From Pseudomonadota bacterium (GTDB taxonomy: Bacteria > Pseudomonadota > Alphaproteobacteria > SMXQ01), in the NCBI GenBank assembly GCA_022566265.1, contig JADFJG010000010.1:1-52784 (forward strand): a stretch of 52,784 bases of DNA, in the 5' to 3' direction. Positions 32,549 to 43,936 of the stretch are shown here, in pieces. Position numbers and translations under genes: made by a program. Position 1 is the stretch's first letter. Each line of letters begins with the position of its first letter. The notes beneath the pieces are model-generated. The model had not been told where the DNA came from. It did no database searches and saw only the letters and a program-made list of their open reading frames with translations.

Positions 32549-33389
32549 CCAGACACCCTATCTTCCGCGCCGCCAGTTTGGCGCAAAGCCGTTCGGCCGT
32601 CGCCCTGTCGGGCAGGCGTCCGGCCCTCAGGCGGTAGAAGGTCCCCCTGTCGCCGAGATCGGCGGTCACCACCGTGGGTGTCAGATCGCCGAGAATATCG
32701 CCATGGGCCGCGCGCAGCTTGCGCCAATGTTCCCGCGCCCTGTCGCGCGAACGCAAGGCGACGAGTTGGATGGAGTAGCCGCCGAGCGCCGGCGCGATGA
32801 GGGCGAGCTCGGCGCCCGCCTTGGCCATCGCTTCCTCATTCTTGCCCTTTTCCCGCCCGGCGATCGTCGGCGCCGGCGCCGCCGGTGGCGATTCGGCCGT
32901 GCCCTTCGTCGCCGCCGGCCCTTGCCCTTTTGGCGCCGTTGGCGGCGCTTCCACTACTTTCTTCGCCTTCCCGGCGGTCCCGTCCTCGGGCGCCGCCGCC
33001 GGCTTGGCGACCGGGGTCTCGGGCGCCGCCGACGGCTTGGCGACCGGGGTCTCGGGCAGCGGCAGCAGCTTTTCCACCGGCGGCGGCCGCTCACCCGGGT
33101 TCATGCGGCTGTACACCAGCTTGTCCTGGTTCGGCACCTCCATGCCGCCCGGCTTCTCCGGGCGTACCTTGATCGGCTTGTTCTCCGCCTTGATCAGAGG
33201 CACCAGGGATTCGGCGCCGCCATCCTGGCCCTTGGTGAAGCTGTACCAGACGATGGCGGAAAAGCCGCCAAGGGTGACGGCGACGGCGAAGGCCGCCAGG
33301 GTGCGGCGCTTCAGCATCGCGCGCCGTTCGCTGTCGTAAATTTCGCGTAATTTGGCTACCGAGAACCGGGGTTCCACGTCGGCGGGCAT
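32535..33389 (-). CDS. SPOR-domain protein
   Basis: N-terminal TM segment, Pro/Ala-rich linker, and C-terminal SPOR domain (YSIQLVALRSRDRA..FYRLRAG..A..LCAKL). Confidence 0.85.
   Translation of the reverse strand: MPADVEPRFSVAKLREIYDSERRAMLKRRTLAAFAVAVTLGGFSAIVWYSFTKGQDGGAESLVPLIKAENKPIKVRPEKPGGMEVPNQDKLVYSRMNPGERPPPVEKLLPLPETPVAKPSAAPETPVAKPAAAPEDGTAGKAKKVVEAPPTAPKGQGPAATKGTAESPPAAPAPTIAGREKGKNEEAMAKAGAELALIAPALGGYSIQLVALRSRDRAREHWRKLRAAHGDILGDLTPTVVTADLGDRGTFYRLRAGRLPDRATAERLCAKLAARKIGCLVVKP
32986..33057. repeat. 33-bp-period tandem repeat in the SPOR-protein linker
   Basis: GGCTTGGCGACCGGGGTCTCGGGC is perfect at 33001-33024 and 33034-33057. It encodes ETPVAKPSAAP/ETPVAKPAAAP. Confidence 0.85.
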
Positions 33390-35161
33390 CAGCGCAACTC
33401 CTCGACCGGTTCGACGCCAAGCACCCCAAGCCCCGAGGCGATGACCAGCTGGACCCCGCGAACGAGGGCCAGCCTCGCGGCGGTCAAGGCTTCATCTCCG
33501 GGGACCAGAAAGCGCAGGCTGGCGTCGTCGTTGCCCTTGTTCCACAGGCCGTGGAAGGCCGCCGCCAATTCCAACAGGAAGAAGGCGATGCGGTGGGGCT
33601 CATGTGTTTCGGCTGCACTTTCCACCTGACGGGGCCACGTCGTGAGAAGTTTGATCAAAGCAATCTCGTCGTCCCGGGTCAAGCGTTCCAACGGCCCCTT
33701 GGCAAGATTATGCGGAGAAATGTCGATTCCGGGGAATTCCCGGTGCGCGTGACGGAAGATCGAATGGGCCCGGGCATGGGCGTACTGGACGTAGAATACC
33801 GGGTTGTCGCGGGACTGCTCGGTGACCTTTTCGAGGTCGAAGTCGAGCGGCGCATCGTTCCTGCGGGTCAGCATGATGAAGCGCACCACGTCCTTGCCGA
33901 CCCGGTCCACGACCTCGCGAAGGGTGACGAAATCGCCGGCGCGCTTCGACATTTTGACCGGCTTGCCGCCATCCGACAGGTTCACCAGCTGGCAGATCTT
34001 GACATCCAACTCACCCTTGCCTTCGGTGATCGCCTCGACCGCCGCCTTCATGCGCTTGACGTAGCCGCCGTGATCGGCGCCCCAGACGTCGATCATGGTG
34101 GTGAAACCGCGGTCGAACTTGTCCCGGTGATAGGCGATGTCGGCGGCGAAGTAGGTCCAATTGCCGTTCGCTCTCTTGAGTGGCCGGTCTACGTCATCGC
34201 CGAAGTCGGTGGTCCGGAAAAGAGGTTGTTCCCGGCCCTCCTCATAGTCATCAGGAATCTTGCCCTTGGGCGGCTCGAGCACGCCGGTATAGATCAGTCC
34301 CTTCTGTTCCAGCCAGTTGAACGCTTTATCCACCTTGCCTCTTCGATGAAGTTCGCGCTCGGAAATGAACTCCTCCTCGGCAAAATGGATGCTTAGCGCC
34401 TCCAGATCATCGCGGATCAGGGCCATCATGGCGTCACTGCCGACATTCGCGCAGTGCTCCATCCATTCCGCCTCGGGTTTCGAGAGCCACTTTTTGCCGT
34501 CCCTCTCGGCAATCGCCTGGCCGACGGGAATGAGGTAGTCGCCGGGATAAAGGCCCTCGGCCATCTCGCCCGGATCCTCGCCCAGCGCTTCCCGGTAGCG
34601 GTGATAGACCGAGCGGGCCAGGGCCTCGATCTGCCCTCCCTTGCCGGCGTCGTTGATGTAATATTCCCGGGTCACGTCGAAGCCGGCCTTCTCCAGCAGC
34701 GACGCCAGGACATCGCCGAACACCGCCCCCCGGCCGTGGCCGATGTGGAGTGGCCCGGTCGGATTGGTCGAGACATATTCGACGTTCACCTTGCCGGCAT
34801 CCTTGCCGATGTCCGAATCGCCGTAGGCCGTGCCGCTCACGAGCACGTCGATAAGCCGGTCGCGCCAGAAACCGTCATCGAGGCGGAGGTTGATGAAACC
34901 GGCGCCGGCGACCTCGGCCGAGATCACCCCGCCATGTTTGCCCAGGCGCCCGGCCAACATTTCGGCCAGCTCGCGGGGCTTCGTCTTGGCGCCCTTGGCC
35001 AGCACCAGGGCGGCGTTGGTCGAGATATCGCCATGGCTGGGATCGCGCGGCGGCTCGGCCGTGATGCGCCCGGTGTCGAGCCCCGGAGGCAACAGGTGTT
35101 CCGCCACAAGGCCTTCAACCACGGCAACAATTTCACTTTGGAAGCGTTTGAAAAGGTTCAT
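33389..35161 (-). CDS. argS: Arginine--tRNA ligase
   Basis: Class I HIGH motif [12 protein letters not shown]. Length and C-terminal anticodon-binding domain fit. Its stop overlaps the SPOR gene start by 1 nt. Confidence 0.96.
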   Translation of the reverse strand: MNLFKRFQSEIVAVVEGLVAEHLLPPGLDTGRITAEPPRDPSHGDISTNAALVLAKGAKTKPRELAEMLAGRLGKHGGVISAEVAGAGFINLRLDDGFWRDRLIDVLVSGTAYGDSDIGKDAGKVNVEYVSTNPTGPLHIGHGRGAVFGDVLASLLEKAGFDVTREYYINDAGKGGQIEALARSVYHRYREALGEDPGEMAEGLYPGDYLIPVGQAIAERDGKKWLSKPEAEWMEHCANVGSDAMMALIRDDLEALSIHFAEEEFISERELHRRGKVDKAFNWLEQKGLIYTGVLEPPKGKIPDDYEEGREQPLFRTTDFGDDVDRPLKRANGNWTYFAADIAYHRDKFDRGFTTMIDVWGADHGGYVKRMKAAVEAITEGKGELDVKICQLVNLSDGGKPVKMSKRAGDFVTLREVVDRVGKDVVRFIMLTRRNDAPLDFDLEKVTEQSRDNPVFYVQYAHARAHSIFRHAHREFPGIDISPHNLAKGPLERLTRDDEIALIKLLTTWPRQVESAAETHEPHRIAFFLLELAAAFHGLWNKGNDDASLRFLVPGDEALTAARLALVRGVQLVIASGLGVLGVEPVEELR

Positions 35162-36339
35162 TCTTTCTTGGCGTAAAGGTCGGAGAGGCGTTGGTGCTCG
35201 TCGAGCGCGTAGCGATCCGTCATGCCGGCGATGTAATCGCCGACGACGCGCGCCTTTCGGGTCCCATCGGCGCCATTCACATCGCGCTGCCAGTCGGGCG
35301 GCAGGCGGCTGGGATCGTCGAACAGCAATTCGAACAGGTCATGGACCACCCGGCGGGCCTTGCTCGCCATGCGGTTGACCTTGTCGTGGCGGTACATGCG
35401 CTCGAACAGGAAGGATTTCAACGCCCGATCGTTTTCGGCCATGGTTTCGGAGAACGCCGCCACCGGGGCGCCGAGATCGCGGATCGCCTGCGCCGTACCC
35501 GGCTTGGCGTCGGCGATGCGCCGGCGGGTCTCTTCGAGAAGATCGGTGACCATGGCGTCGATCAGGCGGCGCACCGATTCGTGGATCACCCGGGTGCGCT
35601 CAATGCCGGGATAGCGCGCCTTCACTTCGGCGAACACCGGCCCGACCAGGGGAACATCCGCCAGGTCGTCGATGGCGAAAAGTTCGGCGCGCAGCCCATC
35701 GTCGATGTCGTGGTTGTTATAGGCGATATCGTCCGATAGCGCCGCGACTTGCGCCTCGGCGCCGGGGTAGGTGTGGAGCTCTAAGTCGTGTACGCGGTCA
35801 TATTCCTCGATCGGCGCCGGAAGAGGCTTGTTCTCTCCCCGCCCCTTGAGCGGCCCGTTGTGCTTGGCGATGCCCTCGAGGGTCTCCCAGCAAAGGTTGA
35901 GCCCGTCGAACTCGGCGTAGCGTTTCTCCAGCCTGGTCAGGATGCTCAGCGACTGGGCGTTATGGTCGAAACCGCCGTAATCCTTCATCGCCTCGTCCAG
36001 CGCCTCGCCGCCGGCGTGGCCGAAGGGGGTGTGACCGAGATCGTGGGCCAGCGCCAGGGCCTCGGCCAGATCCTCGTTCAGCGCCAGCGCCCGGGCGATG
36101 GAACGGGCGATCTGGGAGACCTCGAGGCTGTGGGTCAGGCGGGTGCGGTAATTGTCGCCCTCGTGATAGACGAAGACCTGGGTCTTGTATTTGAGCCGCC
36201 TGAAGGCCGCCGAATGGATGATGCGGTCGCGGTCGCGCTGGAAAACGGAGCGCGTCGGGCTTTCCGGTTCGGCGTACAAACGGCCACGGCTTTGCCCGGG
36301 CGCACAGGCATAAGGGGCGTACTGCAAGGGATGCGCCAT
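35158..36339 (-). CDS. dgt: dGTP triphosphohydrolase-like HD-domain protein
   Basis: [47 protein letters not shown]. Trimmed to the ATG at 36337-36339. Confidence 0.9.
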   Translation of the reverse strand: MAHPLQYAPYACAPGQSRGRLYAEPESPTRSVFQRDRDRIIHSAAFRRLKYKTQVFVYHEGDNYRTRLTHSLEVSQIARSIARALALNEDLAEALALAHDLGHTPFGHAGGEALDEAMKDYGGFDHNAQSLSILTRLEKRYAEFDGLNLCWETLEGIAKHNGPLKGRGENKPLPAPIEEYDRVHDLELHTYPGAEAQVAALSDDIAYNNHDIDDGLRAELFAIDDLADVPLVGPVFAEVKARYPGIERTRVIHESVRRLIDAMVTDLLEETRRRIADAKPGTAQAIRDLGAPVAAFSETMAENDRALKSFLFERMYRHDKVNRMASKARRVVHDLFELLFDDPSRLPPDWQRDVNGADGTRKARVVGDYIAGMTDRYALDEHQRLSDLYAKKE

Positions 36340-36506
36340 GGCCGGAACCGTACAGTCCCGGCGCCTTCCAGGCAATCACCCATTCGCCCATCCCTGCCCC
36401 GGTCGAGGCCCGGCCCCGGGCGCCCAAACGCCGGTTGGAAACCGCCGCCACACTGCCTATATCTGAGATCATGGATATCGGCGAAGGCAGATCTGAGGAT
36501 ACCGGC

Positions 36507-36866
36507 ATGGGCGGCGGCGGCAGCCAGGGCCCGGCGCCAAGCGTCATCCTGACCGAGCGGGCGGCGGCCAGGATCGCCCACCTGCTGAGCCAGGAGGAGA
36601 ACAAGGATCAGATGCTGCGTGTCGCCGTCTTCGGTGGCGGCTGTTCGGGCTTCCAGTACTCCTTCTCCTTCGATGACACCAAAAACGACGACGACACGGT
36701 GATCGAGAAGAACGGCGTCATGGCCCTCATCGACGAGGTCTCGATGGGGCTGCTCGCCGGTTCCGAGATCGACTACGTCGATGAGATGATCGGCGCCTCC
36801 TTCGCCATCAGGAACCCCAACGCCACCTCGTCCTGCGGCTGCGGAAATTCCTTCTCGCTCGGCTGA
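36507..36866 (+). CDS. erpA: Iron-sulfur cluster insertion protein (HesB/IscA family)
   Basis: LRVAVFGGGCSGFQYSF.. and C-terminal SSCGCGNSFS. The ATG at 36507 is preceded by GAGGA. Confidence 0.88.
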   Translation: MGGGGSQGPAPSVILTERAAARIAHLLSQEENKDQMLRVAVFGGGCSGFQYSFSFDDTKNDDDTVIEKNGVMALIDEVSMGLLAGSEIDYVDEMIGASFAIRNPNATSSCGCGNSFSLG

Positions 36867-36884
36867 GGGTCGTCTCCCGCTACC

Positions 36885-37769
36885 TCACGACAGCTGCTTC
36901 TTGAAGAAGGTGATCGTGCGCTCCCAGGCCAGTTTCGCGGCGGCCTCGTCGTAACGGCCGGTCGAGTTGTTGTGGAAGCCGTGCCGGGTTCCCGGGTAGG
37001 TATGCATCTCGAACGCCACCTTGTTCGCCTTGAGCGCGGCCTCATAGCCCGGCCGCGTCTTATTGATGCGGGGGTCGTTCTCGGCGTAGTGGATGAGCAA
37101 TGGCGCGCGGATTTTTACCACATCTTCCGATTTGGGCGCGCGGCCGTAAAACGGCACCCCGGCATTCAGATCATTCCCCATCTCGACCGCCAGGAAGTTG
37201 ATGACGCCGCCGCCGAAGCAGAAGCCGGTGGCGCCAAGTTTGCCGTTCGATAGCGCATGGGATTTGAGGTACTTGCCGCCGTTGAGCATATCCACCTTTA
37301 TCTTGGCGCGAACAAGACTCTTCTGCATCTTCTTGCCGTCGTCGTCATTGCCCGGATAGCCGCCGGCCGGCGCCAGCCCATCGGGCGCCAGTGCCAGGAA
37401 ACCCTCGACCGCGGCGCGGCGCGCGACATCCTCGATGTATGGGTTCAGGCCACGATTTTCATGAACGACCAGAACGGTGGGGAACGGACCAGACCCGGAA
37501 GGCTGCACGAGATAGCCGCGCATCTTGCCGGAATTTCCTCCCGGTGAAGCGTAATCTACATAGCGTGCCTTGATCCGCTTGTCGGTAAAGGAAATCGTAT
37601 GCGCCTGGGCATAACGCGGAAGTAAAGCCCGTGCCATCGCCAGCGCCGATCCACCACCGACGATGGTCATGGCCGCGGCGCGTCCGAGGAATTCGCGACG
37701 CTCCATCATGGAATGACAATACTGGTCATAAAGATCGTAGATACGAGAATCGATTTTGTCTTTTTCCAT
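36885..37769 (-). CDS. Dienelactone hydrolase family protein with a Tat signal
   Basis: MERREFLGRAAAMTIVGGG.. and VLVVHENRGLNPYIEDVARRAAVEGFLALAPD. The ATG at 37767-37769 is preceded by GGGAGGG. Confidence 0.85.
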   Translation of the reverse strand: MEKDKIDSRIYDLYDQYCHSMMERREFLGRAAAMTIVGGGSALAMARALLPRYAQAHTISFTDKRIKARYVDYASPGGNSGKMRGYLVQPSGSGPFPTVLVVHENRGLNPYIEDVARRAAVEGFLALAPDGLAPAGGYPGNDDDGKKMQKSLVRAKIKVDMLNGGKYLKSHALSNGKLGATGFCFGGGVINFLAVEMGNDLNAGVPFYGRAPKSEDVVKIRAPLLIHYAENDPRINKTRPGYEAALKANKVAFEMHTYPGTRHGFHNNSTGRYDEAAAKLAWERTITFFKKQLS

Positions 37770-38182
37770 CGAAGTGATCCCTCCCTGTCGACGTCTTTTC
37801 CAATGCCAATGGTTCAGCGGTTTCGCCGAAATCCTATCCCCAACCCGCCGCCAAAGGTAGTGAATTTTCCCGGCGGCCATCCGATGCCCGCCGTCTTCGG
37901 TTCGATCGTTATCGAAGGCCATTCGGACACACCTCGCCTGAGTATCCTACTGAATGTCTACCTCGGCTCAGGAGCAGAAGTGCCGATGACCCCGCGCCCA
38001 TGTCCGCCGTTGGGCGGAAAGCAGGCATGGTCCGCCAAAAAACAGCCGTCCAGGGCGTTGGTTCGGCGGGATTTCGAACCGGGTCACACCCCGGCTGATC
38101 CAACACCTCCCGTGTGCTAAGGTCATGGCCCGCCATTGGCGCCGGCCTCCTTTGCGCGCCCATACGGGTAGGAGCCCGAGCG

Positions 38183-38974
38183 TTGAAGATCGCCACCTGG
38201 AACGTCAACTCGATCAAGGCGCGGCTGCCGCGTGTCCTCGAATGGCTGGACGGGGCCAGGCCCGACGTCGTGCTGTTGCAGGAGATCAAGACCGTGGACG
38301 AGGGCTTCCCCCGGCTCGAGATCGAGGAGTTGGGCTATAACGTCGCCGTCGCCGGGCAGAAGACCTATAACGGCGTCGCCATCCTGTCGAAGTTCCCGAT
38401 CGAGGACGTCATGAGCGCGCTTCCCGGCGATCCCGCCGACGAGCAGGCGCGCTATCTGGAGGCGGTGACGGGAAGCGATGGCCTCCTCATACGGGTGGCG
38501 TCGATCTACCTGCCCAACGGCAATCCCGTGGACTCGGAGAAATTTCCCTACAAGCTCCGCTGGATGGAGCGCCTCACCGATCACGTCAGGGGATTGCTGG
38601 GCTTCGAGGAGGCGTTCGTCTTGGGCGGCGATTACAACGTCGCGCCGCAAGACCAGGACATCTACGACCCGGAGAGATTCGCCGACGACGCGCTGTGCCG
38701 GCCGGAAACACGGGAGCGCTTCCGCGCCCTGATGTTCCTCGGCCTGACCGACGCCTTCCGCGCGTTGCATCCCGAGGCCGGGCGCTACACCTATTGGGAC
38801 TACCAGGGCGGCGCCTGGCAGAAGGATTTCGGCCTGCGCATCGATCACCTGCTGCTCTCGCCCCAGGCGGCGGATATGCTCACCGCTTCGGAGATCGACC
38901 GGGAGCCGCGCAACAGGGAAAGGCCGTCCGACCACACCCCGATCTGGTGCGAGTTGAAGAAGCGCGGGACTTGA
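38183..38974 (+). CDS. xthA: Exodeoxyribonuclease III
   Basis: (L)KIATWNVNSIKARLPRVLEWL.. and C-terminal SDHTPIW. TTG start at 38183, 8 nt after GGAG. Confidence 0.92.
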   Translation: MKIATWNVNSIKARLPRVLEWLDGARPDVVLLQEIKTVDEGFPRLEIEELGYNVAVAGQKTYNGVAILSKFPIEDVMSALPGDPADEQARYLEAVTGSDGLLIRVASIYLPNGNPVDSEKFPYKLRWMERLTDHVRGLLGFEEAFVLGGDYNVAPQDQDIYDPERFADDALCRPETRERFRALMFLGLTDAFRALHPEAGRYTYWDYQGGAWQKDFGLRIDHLLLSPQAADMLTASEIDREPRNRERPSDHTPIWCELKKRGT

Positions 38975-39002
38975 GAACACCGGCCGGCGCACGGGCATCG
39001 CC

Positions 39003-39788
39003 ATGAGCAGAACCGACCAATCCATTCCCGACCGCGCCGCATTCCGGGGCGGCGCGGCCGCGCGCTCGAGGCTTGCGCTCCTCGGCTTCTCCCTGGCCCT
39101 CCTCGCCGCCCTCGCCCTGGCGATCTCCGGGCCCGGCCACCGTTTCGGCCTTTGGGACTGGCGGACGGGGATCACGATCCTGAAATGGGCCGCCTATGGC
39201 GGCATCGGCGCCGCCTCGGTCTCCCTCCTCGGCGCCGTCCTCGCCCGCCCCGGCGGCGGCCGGCGGGGTTTCGTCTTCGCCCTTCTCGGTGTCGTCATCG
39301 GGCTCGCCGCCGCCGCCATTCCGTGGCAGATGAAACGAACGGCCGGGAGCGTTCCGCCGATCCACGACATCACCACCGACAGCGAAAACCCGCCCAAGTT
39401 CAAGGCGGTGCTGCCGCTTCGCGCCGGGGCGCCAAATCCGGCGGTCTATGGCGGCGCCGACATCGCCATCCAGCAGCTCCGGGCCTATCCCGACATCGTC
39501 CCCGCTATCCTCGACCTGTCACCCGCCCAAGCCTTCGAGCGCGCCTTGGCGACGGCCAGGGACATGGGCTGGACGGTGGTCGAGGCGGACAAGGCGGCGG
39601 GGCGGATCGAAGCCACCGACCGGACCCTTTGGTTCGGCTTCGTCGATGACGTCGTCATCCGCGTCACCCCGGCGGCGGCGGGCGGCAGCCGCGTCGATGT
39701 GCGCTCGCTCTCGCGCGTCGGGCGGAGCGATCTTGGCACCAACGCCAAACGTATCCGCGCCTTCCTCGCCCGGCTCAAGGGAGGCTAG
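39003..39788 (+). CDS. DUF1499-domain membrane-anchored protein
   Basis: N-terminal TM helices, then PPIHDITTDSENPPKF.., FGFVDDVVIRV.. and RSLSRVGRSDLGTNAKRI, typical of DUF1499. Confidence 0.8.
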   Translation: MSRTDQSIPDRAAFRGGAAARSRLALLGFSLALLAALALAISGPGHRFGLWDWRTGITILKWAAYGGIGAASVSLLGAVLARPGGGRRGFVFALLGVVIGLAAAAIPWQMKRTAGSVPPIHDITTDSENPPKFKAVLPLRAGAPNPAVYGGADIAIQQLRAYPDIVPAILDLSPAQAFERALATARDMGWTVVEADKAAGRIEATDRTLWFGFVDDVVIRVTPAAAGGSRVDVRSLSRVGRSDLGTNAKRIRAFLARLKGG

Positions 39789-39802
39789 ACGACGCCACCA
39801 AA

Positions 39803-41539
39803 TCAGATGTCGGCATAGGTGTGGGTCTCGCCCTTGGCGCCGGGGTGGGTCACCGCCCCCTTGGCGGCGGAACCGACGAGCTGGGCGAAACGCCACAAGG
39901 CGCCCGAATTGTGGTTGTTCTTGCGCGGCTTCCATTTCTTGCGCCGGGCCTCGAGCTCCCCATCGCTTAGCTCGACCTCAAGCGTGCCTTCATTGGCGTC
40001 GATACTGATGATATCGCCGTCCTCGATCAGGCCGATGACGCCACCGACGGCGGCCTCGGGCGAGACATGGCCGACGCAGAACCCCCTGGTGCCGCCCGAG
40101 AAACGCCCGTCGGTGATCAGCGCCACCGTCTCGCCGAGGCCCTTGCCGTAGATCGCCGAGGTGGTCGACAGCATCTCGCGCATGCCCGGCCCGCCCTTGG
40201 GGCCTTCGTAGCGGATGACGATGACCTCGCCGTCGTCGATCCGGTCCTTGACCACGGCCTCGAAGGCGTCTTCCTCGCGCTCGAACACCCGGGCAGTGCC
40301 CCTGAAGGTCAGATCGGCCATGCCCGCCACCTTGACGATGGCGCCCTCGGTGGCGAGGTTGCCCTTGAGCCCGACGACGCCGCCGGTGGGCGAGATCGGA
40401 TCGTCGGCCGGGCGCACCACGTCCTGGTCCTCGGGGAAGACGACATCGGCCAGGTTCTCCGCCTGGGTCTTGCCGGTCACCGTCAGGCAGTCGCCGTTGA
40501 AATAGCCGTTATCGAGAAGCGTCTTCATGACGATCGGTATGCCGCCCGCCTGATGGAGATCGGTGGCGACGTATTTGCCGCTCGGCTTGAGCGAGGCGAT
40601 GTAAGGCGTGCGCTTGAAGATCTCGACCACGGCGTCGAGATCGAAGTCGATGCCCGCCTCATGGGCGATGGCCGGCAGGTGAAGCGCGGCGTTGGTCGAC
40701 CCGCCGGTGGCGGCGACCACCACGGCGGCGTTCTCGAGCGCCTCCCTGGTGACGATGTCGCGCGGGCGGAGTTTGCGCGCCAGCAGCTCCATCACCGCCG
40801 CGCCCGAGGCGTTGGCATAGGCGTCGCGCGATTCAAACGGCGCCGGCGTCCCGGCCGAACCCGGCAGGGCGAGGCCGATGGCTTCCGACACGCAGGCCAT
40901 GGTGTTGGCGGTGAACTGGCCGCCGCAGGAGCCCGCCGATGGGCAGGCCACGCATTCGAGCTCATAGAGTTCCTCGTCGGTCATCTTGCCGGCGGCGTGC
41001 TGGCCGACGGCCTCGAACACGTCGACGACGGTGACGTCCCGGCCCTTGAACCTGCCGGGCAGGATGGTGCCGCCATACATGAACACGGAGGGCACGTTGA
41101 GCCTGAGCATCACCATCATCATGCCGGGCAGCGACTTGTCGCAGCCCGCCAGCGCCACCAGCGCGTCATAGCAATGGCCGCGCATGGTGAGCTCGACCGA
41201 ATCGGCGATGACCTCGCGGCTGACCAGCGACGACTTCATCGCCTCGTGTCCCATGGCGATGCCGTCGGTGACGGTGATGGTGGTGAACTCCCTCGGCGTG
41301 CCGCCGTGGGAATCGACGCCGATCTTCACCGCCTGGGCCTGGCGCGACAGCGTGATGTTGCACGGCGCGGCCTCGTTCCAGCAGGTGGCGACGCCGACGA
41401 AGGGCCGATGGATCTGCTCGTCGGTCAGACCCATGGCATGGTAGAACGAGCGGTGCGGCGCGCGCTCCGGCCCCTCGGTGACGTGGCGGCTCGGCAGCTT
41501 CGATTTATCGAATTTCGTCTTCTTCACATCATCGGGCAT
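39803..41539 (-). CDS. ilvD: Dihydroxy-acid dehydratase
   Basis: [22 protein letters not shown].., [12 protein letters not shown], and the full-length IlvD/Edd pattern. Confidence 0.96.
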   Translation of the reverse strand: MPDDVKKTKFDKSKLPSRHVTEGPERAPHRSFYHAMGLTDEQIHRPFVGVATCWNEAAPCNITLSRQAQAVKIGVDSHGGTPREFTTITVTDGIAMGHEAMKSSLVSREVIADSVELTMRGHCYDALVALAGCDKSLPGMMMVMLRLNVPSVFMYGGTILPGRFKGRDVTVVDVFEAVGQHAAGKMTDEELYELECVACPSAGSCGGQFTANTMACVSEAIGLALPGSAGTPAPFESRDAYANASGAAVMELLARKLRPRDIVTREALENAAVVVAATGGSTNAALHLPAIAHEAGIDFDLDAVVEIFKRTPYIASLKPSGKYVATDLHQAGGIPIVMKTLLDNGYFNGDCLTVTGKTQAENLADVVFPEDQDVVRPADDPISPTGGVVGLKGNLATEGAIVKVAGMADLTFRGTARVFEREEDAFEAVVKDRIDDGEVIVIRYEGPKGGPGMREMLSTTSAIYGKGLGETVALITDGRFSGGTRGFCVGHVSPEAAVGGVIGLIEDGDIISIDANEGTLEVELSDGELEARRKKWKPRKNNHNSGALWRFAQLVGSAAKGAVTHPGAKGETHTYADI

Positions 41540-41654
41540 GGCTTCACCCTGTCCCTACTTCACTCTGTTCCCGGCCGTGTCAATCGGCCCGCCAGCATAA
41601 TGAGAGGGCCCCGCCCTGCCTAGGTCTTTCCCTGGCTCGGACATCGGCGTGTTT

Positions 41655-41698
41655 CATAAAAGAAGGGCCGTGGACCCCGTTTCGGGGGCCCACGGCCC
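41655..41698 (-). terminator. Rho-independent-type terminator after the oxidoreductase operon
   Basis: Hairpin GGGCCGTGGACCCCG-TTTC-GGGGGCCCACGGCCC (41665-41698), followed on the minus strand by TTCTTTTATG. Confidence 0.6.
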
Positions 41699-41743
41699 GA
41701 TCGTTCGGTGGCGGGGCCTTCTCCCCGGCCCCGCGGATCCGTC

Positions 41744-43933
41744 TTAGGCCTTGAGCACCGCTTTCACCCGTTCGGGGGTGAACGGCATGTGATGCAGCCG
41801 CTTGCCGGTCAGCGCGTGGAAGGCGTTGGCCACGGCGGCGGCGACCCACGGGTTGCCGATCTCGCCGATGCCCGTCGGCTTGGTGTCCTTGTCGATGAAC
41901 TCGACGTGCAATTCCTCGGGGGCATCGGTGATGCGCAGCACCTCGTAGTCGTGGAAGTTGGATTGTTCGACGATGCCGTCCTTCATCGTCGCCCGTTCCT
42001 TCAAGACGCTGGAAAGGCCGTAGATGATGCCGCTTTCAAGGTTGCGCCTGGCGGAGTCGGGCTGGACGATGGTGCCGCCGTCGATGGCGAGCCAGGTCTT
42101 GTGGACCCGGATCTTGCCCGACTTGCCATCGAGCGAGATTTCCACCACGCCGGCGCCGAGCGAACCGGAGCGCTCGGACATCGACAGTCCCACCGCCCGG
42201 CCCTCGGGCCGCTTGGCCCGCCAGTCGGACATCTTGGCGACGGTTTCGAGGACCGTTTGCGCCTTCTTGGAAGGCGACATGCGCTGGAGCCGGAAATCGA
42301 GGGAATCCATGCCCTCCGCCGCCGCCATCTCGTCGATGAAGGCCTCGATGGCGTAGACGTTGAAGACATGGCCGACGGCCCGCCAGTGCTTGAGGCGAAT
42401 GCCGTGGGAGGCGCCACGCCGCTCGATATTCTTGTTGGGCACTTGGTAGTAGAAGTTCTTGATCCCCGATTGCAACAGCCGCTTGCCGTCCCCGGTGACG
42501 CTGTGCCGCCAGCCCGTGACCTTGCCCGAGGCATCGAGCGCCGCCTCCAACCGCAGCAAGGACTGGGGGCGGAACATGCCGTAGGCGATGTCCTCCTCGC
42601 GGGTCCAGATCATCTTGACCGGACGCTTGATCTCCTTGGCGATCAGCGCCGCCTCGATGGTGTAATCGGTGCGCGACCGGCGCCCGAAGCCACCGCCCAT
42701 ATAGCACTGGTGGTGGATCACCTGGCTGGTCTCTAAGCCGAGCGCCTTGGCGATCATTTGACGCGAGCGCCCCGGCGCCTGGGTGCCCTCCCAGATCTCG
42801 ACCCGGTCCCCCGCCGCGTTGAAGCGGGCGACGGCGTTCAAGGGCTCCATCTGGGCGTGATAGCCGAGATCGGAACGGAACTCCGCCTTATAGGTCCTGG
42901 CGGCCTGGGCGAAGGCCGCCTTGTCGTCGCCGATCTTCTGAAGGGTCTTGATCTTGGCCTTGGGATCGCCGGCGATCCTGGCGTAGTCCTTCTCGAGTAC
43001 GGTCTCGGAATCGAAGCCCTTGGCCTTGGCGCCCTTCCACTCGACCTTGAGCGCGCTACGGGCGACAAGGACTTGCTCGAAGCTGTCGGCGACGATGGCG
43101 ACGCCCTGCTTCAGCTTGACGGTGCCGAGCACACCGGGCATCGCCTTGATCTTGGCCTCGTTCCAGCTTTTGGGCTTGCCGTTTTGCACCGGCGAATGGA
43201 CGGTGCTGGCATAGACCATGCCGGGAAGATGGACGTCGATGGAGAATTGGGCGGTGCCGTTGACCTTGGCGGGAATGTCGCGGCGGGGCACCGACTTGCC
43301 GATGAGGCGGAATTCGCTCTTTTTCTTGAGCGCGCCCTTCCCGACCTTGGGCAGCGTCGCCGGCATCCTGGCGAAAGACGCGATCTCGCCGTAACTCATG
43401 CGCCGGCCCGATTTCCCATGCACGACCTGGCTCGGTTCGGTGGTCAACTCGGAAACCGGCACCCGCCATCTCGAAGCCGCCGCGTCGAGCAGCACCTTGC
43501 GCGCCTGGGCGCCGGCGATGCGCATCTGATTGTAGTACATCATCACCGCGCGGCTGCCGACGATGGCCATGCTTTGAGAGACGCGCCCGCCCCGCTTGCG
43601 GGTGTAGCCGTAGACCTTGGGATCGGCCGGCGCCCATTCGAGGACCACCTTGTCCCAATCGGCGTCGAGTTCCTCGGCCAGGATCAGCGGCACGCTGGTC
43701 ATCGACCCCTGCCCCATTTCGGCGGCGGGGGTGAGGATGGTGATGACGTCGTCGGGCGCGATACGGACCCAGGCGGTGATCTCCTGGGCCATGGACTTGG
43801 CCCGGGCGGGGGTGATGAGGCCGGCGCCGTTGGCGCCGAGCACGATGGCGAAGGTCAGCCCGCCGGTCCCCGCCAGGAACCCACGGCGCGTGACCCTGGG
43901 GCCGGCGGAGTTCGATTGTGTCTCTATGGTCAT
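41744..43933 (-). CDS. Xanthine dehydrogenase-family molybdopterin-binding subunit (IorB/aldehyde oxidoreductase-like)
   Basis: Tat signal TRRGFLAGTGGLTF. 729 aa. Aldehyde oxidase/xanthine dehydrogenase a/b-hammerhead-type sequence. Confidence 0.88.
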   Translation of the reverse strand: MTIETQSNSAGPRVTRRGFLAGTGGLTFAIVLGANGAGLITPARAKSMAQEITAWVRIAPDDVITILTPAAEMGQGSMTSVPLILAEELDADWDKVVLEWAPADPKVYGYTRKRGGRVSQSMAIVGSRAVMMYYNQMRIAGAQARKVLLDAAASRWRVPVSELTTEPSQVVHGKSGRRMSYGEIASFARMPATLPKVGKGALKKKSEFRLIGKSVPRRDIPAKVNGTAQFSIDVHLPGMVYASTVHSPVQNGKPKSWNEAKIKAMPGVLGTVKLKQGVAIVADSFEQVLVARSALKVEWKGAKAKGFDSETVLEKDYARIAGDPKAKIKTLQKIGDDKAAFAQAARTYKAEFRSDLGYHAQMEPLNAVARFNAAGDRVEIWEGTQAPGRSRQMIAKALGLETSQVIHHQCYMGGGFGRRSRTDYTIEAALIAKEIKRPVKMIWTREEDIAYGMFRPQSLLRLEAALDASGKVTGWRHSVTGDGKRLLQSGIKNFYYQVPNKNIERRGASHGIRLKHWRAVGHVFNVYAIEAFIDEMAAAEGMDSLDFRLQRMSPSKKAQTVLETVAKMSDWRAKRPEGRAVGLSMSERSGSLGAGVVEISLDGKSGKIRVHKTWLAIDGGTIVQPDSARRNLESGIIYGLSSVLKERATMKDGIVEQSNFHDYEVLRITDAPEELHVEFIDKDTKPTGIGEIGNPWVAAAVANAFHALTGKRLHHMPFTPERVKAVLKA

Positions 43934-43936
43934 GGC

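Noticed and set aside
38060-38094. A tRNA-like GGTTCGAAATCC string (minus strand) in the spacer between the dienelactone hydrolase gene and xthA.
   Set aside because: I could not fold it into a cloverleaf. There is no acceptor, D or anticodon arm, and the T-stem pairing fails. It is better described as two overlapping small hairpins, GGTTCG-N9-CGAACC and CCGGG-N6-CCCGG.
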